Part shown: in pieces, positions 11,316 to 21,062 of the stretch | Numbering within the stretch: position 1 is the stretch's first letter | Layout of the letters: every line of letters starts with the position of its first letter | NCBI GenBank assembly: GCA_041746375.1 | Contig: JBGTHC010000045.1 | Location: 13,204-77,203, forward strand | DNA from: Woeseiaceae bacterium | GTDB taxonomy: Bacteria > Pseudomonadota > Gammaproteobacteria > Steroidobacterales > Woeseiaceae | Direction: 5' to 3' | Length of the DNA: 64,000 nt | Made by a program: the position numbers and the translations under genes | Notes under the pieces: model-generated | Seen by the model: the letters and a program-made list of their open reading frames with translations, nothing else | What the model was told of the DNA's origin: nothing | Database searches by the model: none

Positions 11316-11957
11316 CTAGTCCAAGACCTTAAGCAGCCGCTCGTAGACTTCATCCATGCTTGCATCGGCATCGATCGTCTTCAACACGCCCTGCAATCGA
11401 TAATATTCCACGACCGGCTCGGTCTGCTGGCGATAGACTTCGAGACGCCTGCCAATCGTTTCTTCGTTATCGTCTTCACGCTGCACGAGTTCACCGCCCT
11501 TTGCGGCGCAGTCATCGAGCTCCTGCTGAGTCGAGAAATAAACATTCAGCAACGTGCCGGTCGCCGAACAGGTACGTCGACCTGTCAAGCGCTTCATGAG
11601 AGCTTCGAAATCAATATCGAGAAGTACAGCGACGTCGAGGGGCTGATCGGCCTGCTCGAGAAGATTTTCCAGGTCTGCTGCCTGTTTTCGGGTTCGCGGA
11701 AAACCGTCCAGGATAAAGCCGTCGTCGGCATCTTCTTCTGTCAGGCGTTCACTGATGATCCCCAGCATGATGTCATCCGGTACCAGTCCGCCTTCGTCCA
11801 TGATCGCTTTGGCCTGCCTGCCGAAGCGCGTGTCCGCCGCTACTGCCGCACGTAACATGTCGCCGGTGGAAATCTGCGGAATATTTCGCTGCTCCATGAG
11901 CCGTCGGGCTTGCGTACCTTTGCCCGACCCAGGAGCTCCCAATAAAACTATGCGCAT
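11316..11957 (-). CDS. adk: adenylate kinase
   Basis: 213 aa. MRIVLLGAPGSGKGTQA P-loop and full-length Adk pattern. Confidence 0.95.
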   Translation of the reverse strand: MRIVLLGAPGSGKGTQARRLMEQRNIPQISTGDMLRAAVAADTRFGRQAKAIMDEGGLVPDDIMLGIISERLTEEDADDGFILDGFPRTRKQAADLENLLEQADQPLDVAVLLDIDFEALMKRLTGRRTCSATGTLLNVYFSTQQELDDCAAKGGELVQREDDNEETIGRRLEVYRQQTEPVVEYYRLQGVLKTIDADASMDEVYERLLKVLD

Positions 11958-12139
11958 GCGGTTATCTCTTATTCGTTGTCGCGGTCCGGAATGAGGTGGT
12001 TCTGCCGGAGCGGGGCGAATACGCTACCGGCAATTCCCGGACAGGTCAAACCCGGGAAAATCGCAGCCGCGATGAAGGCGCGTGCTGATTCCGTTATGCT
12101 TGCGCGCATTCTCAGGCAAATCCCAGGGTGTGCAGTTCT

Positions 12140-13399
12140 ATGGCCAGATTGAATGCTTTTTACGCGCAGTCGGGAGGCGTTACCTCGGTCATCAATGCCA
12201 GTGCTTGTGCAGTGATCGAAACGGCTCGCAAGAACAAGGCAATTGGCAAGGTCTATGCAGGACGCAACGGCATCCTGGGAGCCCTTACCGAGGATCTGAT
12301 CGACACGAGCAAGGAAAGCGCTCGCGACATCGCTGCGTTGCGACACACGCCCGGCGGCGCTTTTGGTTCTGCACGTTATAAACTCAAGGGAATCGAGCAG
12401 AACCGGGCCGAATACGAACGCCTGATCGAAGTGTTCAAAGCGCATGACATCGGCTATTTCTTCTACAATGGAGGTAACGACTCGATGGACACCGCGCACA
12501 AGGTTTCGTTGATTAGCGAACGGCTCGGTTACCCGGTCGCCTGCCTCGGTATACCGAAAACCGTCGACAATGACTTGCCGATTACCGACAACTGTCCGGG
12601 TTTCGGCTCCGTTGCCAAGTATGTCGCAGTGTCAACGCGCGAAGCGGCGTTGGATGTACTGTCGATGGCAGAGACCTCGACCAAAGTATTCATCCTGGAA
12701 GTGATGGGCCGCCACGCGGGCTGGATCGCAGCGGCGGCCGGCCTTGCCGGCGAATCCCGGGGCGAGGCGCCGCATATCATTCTGTTTCCGGAGGTCCCGT
12801 TCGACAAGGCGGCATTTCTGCAGCGGGTCAAGGAGTGCGTCGCACGTTACACGTATTGCGTCGTCGTGGTCAGCGAAGGTGCCAGCGACAAAGACGGCAA
12901 TTTTCTCGCGGAAGCCGGCACGAAAGACGCATTTGGACATGCCCAGCTCGGTGGCGTCGCTCCGGTTATCGCCGGCATGGTCCGTCAGGAACTTGGATTC
13001 AAATATCACTACGCTGTCGCCGACTACCTGCAACGCTCTGCTCGCCACATCGCGTCGGCGGTGGACGTCAAGCAAGCCTATGCAGTGGGACGCGCGGCGG
13101 TACTCATGGCCCTGGCCGGCAAGACTGCCGTGATGCCGGTAATCAAACGCATCTCCGACAAACCATATCGCTGGCGTATCGATGAGGCACTGCTCGAGCG
13201 GGTCGCTAATAAAGAGAAAAAGCTGCCTCGTAACTACATTACGGCCGACGGCTTTGGCATTACCGCAGCCGCCCGCCGCTACCTCTCACCACTCATCAGA
13301 GGTGAAGATTATCCTCCATATATCAATGGTTTACCGAATTATGTCCAATTGAAAAACCTGTCCGTCACGAAGCGGCTCGGCACTGCGTTTGTGGTATGA
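12140..13399 (+). CDS. pfp: pyrophosphate-dependent 6-phosphofructokinase
   Basis: Track ORF 12128..13399, with the conserved start MARLNAFYAQSGGVTSVINA at 12140. GGNDS (Asp where ATP-PFKs have Gly104) and PKTVDND (Lys where ATP-PFKs have Gly124, E. coli PfkA numbering) are the known PPi-specificity determinants. Confidence 0.88.
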   Translation: MARLNAFYAQSGGVTSVINASACAVIETARKNKAIGKVYAGRNGILGALTEDLIDTSKESARDIAALRHTPGGAFGSARYKLKGIEQNRAEYERLIEVFKAHDIGYFFYNGGNDSMDTAHKVSLISERLGYPVACLGIPKTVDNDLPITDNCPGFGSVAKYVAVSTREAALDVLSMAETSTKVFILEVMGRHAGWIAAAAGLAGESRGEAPHIILFPEVPFDKAAFLQRVKECVARYTYCVVVVSEGASDKDGNFLAEAGTKDAFGHAQLGGVAPVIAGMVRQELGFKYHYAVADYLQRSARHIASAVDVKQAYAVGRAAVLMALAGKTAVMPVIKRISDKPYRWRIDEALLERVANKEKKLPRNYITADGFGITAAARRYLSPLIRGEDYPPYINGLPNYVQLKNLSVTKRLGTAFVV

Positions 13400-13558
13400 T
13401 TCGCGCGCTGCCGCGGCGAGACTGAATGCCCGGCCGCCTGTCGGTCGCCGGCAGATCGCAAAGTAAACAACAACATACTCGGTACGACACAAAAAGCGCC
13501 TTTCTCATAATCCCGCACCGTCAAGCGATGGATCGGTAACCGGGAATATTTTTCTGCG

Positions 13559-13590
13559 GCCCAGAACGCATACGCGTCCGGGCTTTTTTT
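13559..13590 (+). terminator. terminator-like hairpin plus T7 run 17 nt upstream of the hppA start codon
   Basis: GCCCAGAACGCATACGCGTCCGGGC (imperfect stem) followed by TTTTTTT, then GGAGA and ATG 13608. Confidence 0.4.
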
Positions 13591-13607
13591 GATCTGGAGA
13601 CGAACTG

Positions 13608-15647
13608 ATGACAAGTGAGTTTGCACTGTGGCTGGCCATTGGCGCAGGCGTTCTGGCAATTCTGTACGGCGCACTGTCCGCGCAGTGGATCCTGAAGCAG
13701 CCAGCCGGCAACGAACGCATGCAGGTTATCGCGCAAGCCATTCAGGAAGGCGCCGGCGCCTACATGAATCGACAGTATCTGACCATCGGCGTCGTGGGCC
13801 TGGTGCTCTTCGTTGCACTGGTGCTGGCACTCGGCTGGGCGACAGGCATAGGGTTTGCGATAGGTGCAGTGTTCTCGGGACTGGCCGGCTACATCGGCAT
13901 GTTTGTTTCGGTCAGGGCCAATGTACGGACCGCGGAGGCGGCACGACACGGCGTCAACGCTGCATTGAACATCGCCTTCCGTGGCGGCGCAATTACCGGA
14001 TTGCTGGTAGTAGGCCTCGGTCTGCTCGGTGTTGCCGGCTATTACGCGGTGCTTGGCAGCATGGGCATCTCGATGGGTGACTCAATACACGCACTGGTGG
14101 GCCTTGCCTTCGGCGGCTCGCTGATCTCCATTTTCGCGCGGTTGGGGGGCGGCATTTTCACCAAGGGCGCCGACGTCGGCGCCGACCTGGTCGGCAAAGT
14201 CGAAGCCGGCATTCCGGAGGATGACCCACGCAATCCCGGTGTCATCGCCGACAACGTCGGGGACAACGTCGGCGACTGCGCCGGCATGGCAGCAGACCTC
14301 TTTGAAACCTACGCGGTCACGATTATCGCGACGATGTTGCTCGGCAGCTTGCTCGTCGGCACATTCGGCATTGCCGCCGTTACCTACCCGCTGGTGCTGG
14401 GTGCCGTTTCCATCGTTGCATCCATCATTGGCACTTTCTTCGTCCGGACATCGGACGGAGGCAAGATCATGAACGCTCTTTATAAGGGCCTCATCGTGTC
14501 GGGCGGACTCGCCGCTGTGGCATTCTGGTTTGTCACCGATGCGATGATGGCTGAGTCCGGCAACGTCGGCGGCATTTTCGGTTCCGCTTTGATCGGCCTG
14601 GCACTGACCGCGGCCATGGTGGTCATCACGGAGTACTACACCGGCACTGATTACAAACCGGTAAAAACCATCGCTAACGCGTCTTTGACCGGTGATGCGA
14701 CGAATATCATCGCCGGGCTCGGCATCTCTATGAAGGCGACCGCTTTGCCGGTGCTGGCCGTGTGCCTCAGCATATGGGGAGCTTTCGAACTTGCGCCGGA
14801 AGGTAACTCGCTGGCCGGCCTGTACAACATTGCCATCGCCGCCACCGCCATGCTGTCCATGACCGGAGTCATTGTCGCACTCGATGCGTTCGGACCGATC
14901 ACAGACAATGCCGGCGGCATCGCCGAGATGTCCGATCTGCCATCTGATGTGCGTAGCATCACAGACCAGCTCGATGCGGTGGGCAACACCACCAAGGCGG
15001 TTACCAAGGGCTATGCGATCGGGTCAGCCGGTCTCGCAGCGCTGGTACTGTTTGCCGATTACACGCACGCACTCGAATCCGCCAATATCATCGTCGACTT
15101 CGACCTGTCCGATCACCTCGTCATCATCGGCCTGTTCATCGGTGGCCTGGTACCTTACCTGTTCGGCTCGATGGCAATGGAAGCTGTCGGTCGGGCCGCC
15201 GGTGCCGTCGTCAACGAAGTGCGCCGACAGTTCCGCGAAATCCCCGGCATCATGGAAGGCACCGGCAAGCCGGACTACAGCCGTGCCGTCGACCTGCTCA
15301 CCAAGGCGGCGATCAAGGAAATGATCGTGCCGTCGTTGCTACCGATTTTGGTGCCGCTTGCGGTCGGGCTGCTGCTCGGACCCAAGGCGCTGGGTGGAGT
15401 ACTTCTCGGCACCATTATCACCGGACTGTTCGTCGCAATTTCGATGACCGCCGGCGGTGGCGCCTGGGATAACGCCAAGAAATACATCGAGGATGGCAAC
15501 TGCGGCGGTAAAGGCTCCGACGCACACAAGGCCGCCGTAACCGGCGACACCGTCGGCGACCCTTACAAGGATACCGCCGGACCGGCCATCAACCCGCTGA
15601 TCAAAATCATTAACATCGTCGCCCTGCTGATGGTGCCTTTGCTCTGA
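13608..15647 (+). CDS. hppA: membrane-bound H+-translocating pyrophosphatase, K+-independent type
   Basis: 679 aa, polytopic. Motifs [18 protein letters not shown] and DNVGDNVGD are present. GNTTKA (Lys rather than Ala) is the established marker of K+-independent H+-PPases. Confidence 0.95.
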   Translation: MTSEFALWLAIGAGVLAILYGALSAQWILKQPAGNERMQVIAQAIQEGAGAYMNRQYLTIGVVGLVLFVALVLALGWATGIGFAIGAVFSGLAGYIGMFVSVRANVRTAEAARHGVNAALNIAFRGGAITGLLVVGLGLLGVAGYYAVLGSMGISMGDSIHALVGLAFGGSLISIFARLGGGIFTKGADVGADLVGKVEAGIPEDDPRNPGVIADNVGDNVGDCAGMAADLFETYAVTIIATMLLGSLLVGTFGIAAVTYPLVLGAVSIVASIIGTFFVRTSDGGKIMNALYKGLIVSGGLAAVAFWFVTDAMMAESGNVGGIFGSALIGLALTAAMVVITEYYTGTDYKPVKTIANASLTGDATNIIAGLGISMKATALPVLAVCLSIWGAFELAPEGNSLAGLYNIAIAATAMLSMTGVIVALDAFGPITDNAGGIAEMSDLPSDVRSITDQLDAVGNTTKAVTKGYAIGSAGLAALVLFADYTHALESANIIVDFDLSDHLVIIGLFIGGLVPYLFGSMAMEAVGRAAGAVVNEVRRQFREIPGIMEGTGKPDYSRAVDLLTKAAIKEMIVPSLLPILVPLAVGLLLGPKALGGVLLGTIITGLFVAISMTAGGGAWDNAKKYIEDGNCGGKGSDAHKAAVTGDTVGDPYKDTAGPAINPLIKIINIVALLMVPLL

Positions 15648-15670
15648 TCCATTAGTTAAACCACAAGCAG

Positions 15671-15710
15671 GCCGCCGTGCATGATACACCGTGCACGGCG
15701 GCTTTTTTTT
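15671..15710 (+). terminator. rho-independent terminator after hppA
   Basis: 11-bp perfect stem GCCGCCGTGCA/TGCACGGCGGC followed by T8. It sits between convergent hppA and the GGDEF-EAL gene. Confidence 0.75.
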
Positions 15711-15721
15711 GGCTTGTGAGA

Positions 15722-18067
15722 TCAAGGCATGAGTGCGCGAAATGTGGCCGTCTGTGCAGAACCCAGCAGCACCGGTGCTTCTATGAAATTACCTTGCACG
15801 AAGTCGACACCTGCCTCGCGCAACCAGTCGAAATCCTCCTGACGCTCGACCTGTTCTGCAATGACGCGGAACTCGAGTGCCCGCGCGAGCTTGATCATCG
15901 CGGCCACCATTTCCTGATTGATCGGTTCCGAAACGAGGTTACGCGTGTAGTTGCCATCGATCTTCAGGTAATCGACCGGCAAATGCTTCAGGCTCGAGAA
16001 CGCGCCCAGGCCGTTGCCGAAATCGTCAAGAGCAAACTCGCAACCTATTCCGTGCAATACTTCGATGAACCGCTGCGCGTACTGCACATTGGTCGAAATT
16101 GCTGCTTCGGTTACTTCGAAGCAAATGCGGGACGGCGCCACGCCGCTGTGGTCCAGGGCTTCGACGACGAAATCGAGAAAACTTTCGTCGCCAAGTGTTT
16201 GTCCGGATACATTGACGGCACAACTGCGCTTGCCGGGTAACTTGATCTCGCCAGCACTGATAGCTGCAAGGGTAGCAGTCAGCACCCAGCGATCGATTTG
16301 CGGCATCAACTGGTAGCGCTCGGCGGGCCGCAAAAACTCCGCGGAATTGTCGGATCGTCCATGTGCGTCGGGCAATCGTATAAGCACCTCGATCGACGGT
16401 CCCGATTCTGCCGGGCTATTGAGGGCGATAATCGGCTGGACCGCCAGTTCGAAACGATTTTCATGCAGGGCAGTCTGTAGCTGGCGAAGCCACTGGATAT
16501 CGCCTCGCTCCCGCGCGATAGCTTCGTCGCGTGCAGAATATACGTGCACCTGGCCCCGCCCCCGTTGCTTGGCAACGTAACAGGCGGAATCCGCGGCGCT
16601 CATCAGGTCCTGGATCGAACTGCTTGCATGTCCGATCTCGACCAGGCCGATCGAGATACCGATGCTGAAAATCTTGTCCTGCCAGACAAAACGATAGTCG
16701 CTGATCGCGTTGCAGATATCCGCCGCGATTTGTCGCGCCTTGTCGATTGGACAACCGATCAGCAGCGTGCCGAACTCGTCGCCGCCCAGGCGACCGACAT
16801 AATCCGAATCACGCACCTGGTCCCGGATCAACGTAGCGACTTCGCGCAGCATATTGTCGCCCGCCAGGTGGCCGCAGCTATCGTTGACGGCCTTGAAGCG
16901 ATCGAGATCCATGTAGGAGAGAATATGCACACCACCGTCGGCATGTGCTGTATCGAGGGCCTCCTGCAAACGTCGCTCGAACTCGCGCCGGTTAATCAGG
17001 CCGGTCAGCGCATCATGAGACGCCTGGTAACTCATCTGGCGAGTCAGACCGCGAATCTCACTGACATCGTGAAACACAACAACCGTGCCGGAAATACTGT
17101 CGCCCGGCCCGCGGATCGGGGAAGCGGTAATTTCTACGGAATGTTCGTGCTTACCATCGCGCCTTACCAGCAGTGCTCGCCGGCCCATGTTGACACGTCG
17201 ACGCATCGACAGACAGCGCTCCACCGGGTCGCCTAGCGGCCGGCGATCGACCTCGTCAATAAGCGAAAACAGCTCACCGATCTTATGGCGAGTGCTCTCC
17301 TCCCGATTGGCGCCGGTCATCGCTTCGGCGGCGCGATTCATGTAATCAATGCGGCCTTCGTTGTCAGTCGTAATAACCCCTTCCGCGATCGATTCAAGCG
17401 TATATTGCGCCTGCTGTTTGCTGCGACTTAGCGATACCTCCAGGCTCTTGCGATAACTGACGTCGCGGGCGATGGTCAGGATCGCGTTGCTGCCGCGATA
17501 CTCGATCGAAGAACTTTGCGCTTCAACCCACAGGCCCTGTTCGTTGCCGTTTATCAGCTGGATTTCAAGGCGCCGGGGTACAGTCTTTCCGGCAAGGCGC
17601 TTTGCCGTGGTCTTGCGGAACAATGCCCGGTAAGCCGGCTTGACGAGATCGACGACGTCCCGGCCTTCCAGTTGTTCCGGGGTCAGGCCCAGTAAAGCTG
17701 CAGCACTGTCATTTGCAAGCAGTATACGTTCATCATGCAGGAGCACGATCTCCGGCAGCGTGCGAGCGAAATCCGCGAAGAGGCGATCCCGGTCCTGAAT
17801 CTCTTCGTCGCGCTCGCCCAGCGCATCGAACAGTCTGTTGATGGTCCGGGCCAGTGCCCCGATTTCTCCGCTCTCGCCAACGGAGAGACGCCGCCCCACC
17901 GACGCATCGCCGGCGGCGGCGACCAGTTCGAGGTTCAGCTTCGCAAGGCGCTGCAGATAACGGCGGCGCTGCAGCATAAGCGTAGCCAGCGCGGCAGCAG
18001 CGAACAGCAATAGTACTGCCAGGATGACTACGACCAGAATCGACGACATGCCAACCCTGGTGTGCAC
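15722..18067 (-). CDS. membrane-anchored PAS/PAS-GGDEF-EAL c-di-GMP turnover protein
   Basis: 781 aa. N-terminal TM segment, PAS regions, intact GGDEF (RLGGDEFG) and an EAL domain with an EVL variant (SIEVLIRL...DDFGNG...KIDG). Start is either GTG 18067 or ATG 18049. Confidence 0.9.
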   Translation of the reverse strand: MHTRVGMSSILVVVILAVLLLFAAAALATLMLQRRRYLQRLAKLNLELVAAAGDASVGRRLSVGESGEIGALARTINRLFDALGERDEEIQDRDRLFADFARTLPEIVLLHDERILLANDSAAALLGLTPEQLEGRDVVDLVKPAYRALFRKTTAKRLAGKTVPRRLEIQLINGNEQGLWVEAQSSSIEYRGSNAILTIARDVSYRKSLEVSLSRSKQQAQYTLESIAEGVITTDNEGRIDYMNRAAEAMTGANREESTRHKIGELFSLIDEVDRRPLGDPVERCLSMRRRVNMGRRALLVRRDGKHEHSVEITASPIRGPGDSISGTVVVFHDVSEIRGLTRQMSYQASHDALTGLINRREFERRLQEALDTAHADGGVHILSYMDLDRFKAVNDSCGHLAGDNMLREVATLIRDQVRDSDYVGRLGGDEFGTLLIGCPIDKARQIAADICNAISDYRFVWQDKIFSIGISIGLVEIGHASSSIQDLMSAADSACYVAKQRGRGQVHVYSARDEAIARERGDIQWLRQLQTALHENRFELAVQPIIALNSPAESGPSIEVLIRLPDAHGRSDNSAEFLRPAERYQLMPQIDRWVLTATLAAISAGEIKLPGKRSCAVNVSGQTLGDESFLDFVVEALDHSGVAPSRICFEVTEAAISTNVQYAQRFIEVLHGIGCEFALDDFGNGLGAFSSLKHLPVDYLKIDGNYTRNLVSEPINQEMVAAMIKLARALEFRVIAEQVERQEDFDWLREAGVDFVQGNFIEAPVLLGSAQTATFRALMP

Positions 18068-18404
18068 CCTGCCCTGTACACGCGTGCGATCGAATGCGAT
18101 CGATCATTCAGATGATTACGGCGCAAGTCTCGTTTGTCCCTTTCCGGCCATCTTGCAAATGATGCCGTGAAACGATCATTTGTTATTATTGGTCGCTCAT
18201 GGTGATTCTCCGTCAGAGGAGATTCGAGGTGATTCAGAGCGTTATGACTGTCCACTGCTAAGCATATCCCAGCGAAACCTGCGCACCGTAACGATTCACC
18301 ATAATTCGCAATCCGCCGGCTGAGGTCGCCTTGCCCAGCGCCGCGATGGCCGCTTGGCGACATTGAAATATAATAACTTTCAACAATTTACAGGCTCCGA
18401 CTCA

Positions 18405-19055
18405 ATGAACATGGATTACGCACGTCGTCAGATGGTGGAACAGCAAGTGCGCACCTGGGACGTCTTCGACAGCGCCGTGCTGGACGTGTTGGCGGAACTG
18501 CCGCGCGAGGATTTCGTGCCTGCCGGATTCGAGGAACTGGCTTTCGCCGAGACCGCGATTCCGCTGTCGCACGGCCAGTTCATGTTGCCGCCAATAGTGG
18601 AGGGCCGATTGTTACAGGCGCTCGAAATCCGCGCGGTGGACACGGTACTCGAAATCGGCACCGGGTCGGGCTTTTTGACCGCCTGCCTGGGCCGGCTTGC
18701 GGCAGCAGTAACCAGTGTCGATATTTTTGCCGGGTTTATTGAAGCTGCCGGCCCGCGGCTAAAGGCTGCAGGAATTGAAAACGTGACCCTGGTAAACGTC
18801 GACGCCATGCGAGAGCTACCGGTCGGTCCTTACGATGTCATCGCGATTGGCGGCTCATTACCTGTTTTCGACAATCGGCTGTACGATTTGCTCAATCCAG
18901 GTGGCCGGATGTTCGTTGTTGTGGGTTCACCGCCACTCATGGAAGCGCAGCTTGTCGTTCGCGATGCGGATAATAAACCACGAGTAACGAGCCTTTTCGA
19001 AACCAATGTTCCGGCACTTTGCAATGCACCGGTGCCTTCCACGTTTGTTTTTTGA
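18405..19055 (+). CDS. protein-L-isoaspartate O-methyltransferase-family methyltransferase
   Basis: Track ORF 18354..19055, with a likely start at ATG 18405 (MNMDYARRQMVEQQVRTWDV). SAM-binding VLEIGTGSGFLTA motif. Confidence 0.7.
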   Translation: MNMDYARRQMVEQQVRTWDVFDSAVLDVLAELPREDFVPAGFEELAFAETAIPLSHGQFMLPPIVEGRLLQALEIRAVDTVLEIGTGSGFLTACLGRLAAAVTSVDIFAGFIEAAGPRLKAAGIENVTLVNVDAMRELPVGPYDVIAIGGSLPVFDNRLYDLLNPGGRMFVVVGSPPLMEAQLVVRDADNKPRVTSLFETNVPALCNAPVPSTFVF

Positions 19056-19188
19056 ACAGTTGCAATGCTGGCGAAACCGGAAGTGCTTTTCCTGCATCTA
19101 ACAAGATACTGCACTGTTGCGCAGCATAAAGCTGCGGGCCAGTTAATGCATTTGAGCGCCGCGTTATCGCTGCTATCCGGGGCGGTCA

Positions 19189-19509
19189 ATGTTCGATAAT
19201 CTGACACCGGCCGAGTACATGGCGCGGCAAGACGCCGGCGAACTTTGGCAACTGCTGGACGTCCGAGAACCCTGGGAGAGAGAAATCGCAAGGATTGACC
19301 CGAGTTTGTTTATTCCTATGGCTGAGATCCCGGCTCGCTACACAGAACTGGATGCCACACGACCAGTAGCGGTGCTTTGCCATTCGGGCGGCCGCAGTGC
19401 GCGCGTCGCCGGCTTCCTGGTGCAGCAGGGCTTCGCCAGGGTTGCCAATATTGATGGCGGTATCGACGCCTGGTCCTTGCACTGTGACCGGGGGTTACCG
19501 CGATACTGA
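19189..19509 (+). CDS. single-domain rhodanese (sulfurtransferase)
   Basis: 106 aa. Active-site loop CHSGGRS and the typical ...GGIDAWS C-terminus. Confidence 0.8.
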   Translation: MFDNLTPAEYMARQDAGELWQLLDVREPWEREIARIDPSLFIPMAEIPARYTELDATRPVAVLCHSGGRSARVAGFLVQQGFARVANIDGGIDAWSLHCDRGLPRY

Positions 19510-19604
19510 TTCCGGGCCACCGCCGCACAAGACTTGACTGAGTTAGTGATATAGATGACCATAACACCTATCGGCATTGCCCCACTTTCGCGGACCTTAA
19601 CAAC

Positions 19605-21041
19605 ATGAAAAATATGAAAATAGTGACGGCTCTGGCAATTCTGGGCGTTTCCATCGTCATGCCGCCGGCTGCACTGGGCGCTACGCTGCTCGAGGTCTAT
19701 CAGCAGGCGCTACAAAGCGATCCGCTCGTCCACGAAGCCGAATCGCGTCGACTGGCCGCTCAGGAGGCGGCGCCGCAGGCGCGAGGTTTCCTGTTGCCGC
19801 AGGTCAGTGCCAGCGGCGCCTGGGTTACCAGCAACGTGTCCGGCACAAGTGTCGAAGCCGACACCACCGGTAATTTTGCGCCGGTGAATTTCGAAGCCGA
19901 AGGCGATGAAACAAGCTGGAACGTGGGTTTGCGTCAAACGATATTTCGCTGGGACCAGGTTGTGAACCTGAAGCAGGCGAACAAGATCGTGGCGCGAGCG
20001 GATGTGGTCTACGAAGCCGCTCAACAGGACCTGATGGTGCGGGTCGTACAACGCTATTTCGAAGTCCTGGCCTCGGAAGACCGCCTGGCATCGATCCGCG
20101 CGGACCGCGAAGCCATTGCCCGGCAATTGGAGCAGGCCAAGCAGCGGTTCGACGTCGGGCTTATAGCAATCACCGATGTGCAGGAATCGCAGGCGGCCTA
20201 TGACCAGTCGGTAGCGTCTGAAATTGCCGCTCAACGAGAGCTCGCGACTGCACAGGAACTGTTACGCGAGATTACCGGTGAGCATGTGCCCGATCTGGCT
20301 GCACCCAGTGAGGATTTCCCTTTGCCAGCGCCGAATCCTGCCGACGAAAGCAGCTGGATAGAAATGGCAATGGACCAGAACCTCGATCTTCTCGCCAGCC
20401 GTCTTGACGAGCAAATTGCACGTGACGAGATCGCCTTCCGGCGCACCGGTCATTATCCGACCATTGATCTGGTCGCAGGACGCAACGGTGTCGAGACCGA
20501 CAGTGATCGGAGCGTGAATAACAGCCCCTTTCTTACGGCGGACTCCCAGCGTGACGGAGATTCGATCGGGATCGAGGTGACCATACCCCTGTTTTCCGGC
20601 GGACGAACTTCGTCGCAGGTACGCGAAGCGGTTTATCTGCATCGCGCTTCTCGCGAGCAATTGCAACGAGTCGCGCGCGAAACCGAACGTGCCACTCGCG
20701 ATGCCTACCTTGGCGTTATTTCCGAGATCAGCCGCGTCAACGCCCTTGGGCAAGCGGTCCGTTCGAGCAGGACGGCGTTGGAAGCTACGCAGGCCGGGTT
20801 TGAAGTCGGCACGCGAACGATTGTTGACGTCCTGAATTCGCAACGAGCGCTTTACCTGGCCATCACCAATTATTACCAGGCTCGCTATGTCTACATCGGC
20901 AACGTCCTGCGTTTGAAGCAAGCCGCAGGATCATTGCAGATTCAGGATCTCGAACGGATCGATCGCTGGTTGACGGAACGCGAACCAGCGGAACGTACCC
21001 TCGACCTGCAAGAGGAGTCTGAAGAGGAATCTGAAGGTTAG
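19605..21041 (+). CDS. tolC: TolC-family outer-membrane efflux channel
   Basis: 478 aa. Signal peptide, TLLEVYQQALQSDPLV opening and two OEP repeats. Ends in an acidic tail, LQEESEEESEG. Confidence 0.85.
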   Translation: MKNMKIVTALAILGVSIVMPPAALGATLLEVYQQALQSDPLVHEAESRRLAAQEAAPQARGFLLPQVSASGAWVTSNVSGTSVEADTTGNFAPVNFEAEGDETSWNVGLRQTIFRWDQVVNLKQANKIVARADVVYEAAQQDLMVRVVQRYFEVLASEDRLASIRADREAIARQLEQAKQRFDVGLIAITDVQESQAAYDQSVASEIAAQRELATAQELLREITGEHVPDLAAPSEDFPLPAPNPADESSWIEMAMDQNLDLLASRLDEQIARDEIAFRRTGHYPTIDLVAGRNGVETDSDRSVNNSPFLTADSQRDGDSIGIEVTIPLFSGGRTSSQVREAVYLHRASREQLQRVARETERATRDAYLGVISEISRVNALGQAVRSSRTALEATQAGFEVGTRTIVDVLNSQRALYLAITNYYQARYVYIGNVLRLKQAAGSLQIQDLERIDRWLTEREPAERTLDLQEESEEESEG

Positions 21042-21062
21042 ACGGGTCGGTAGATCGAGGTC

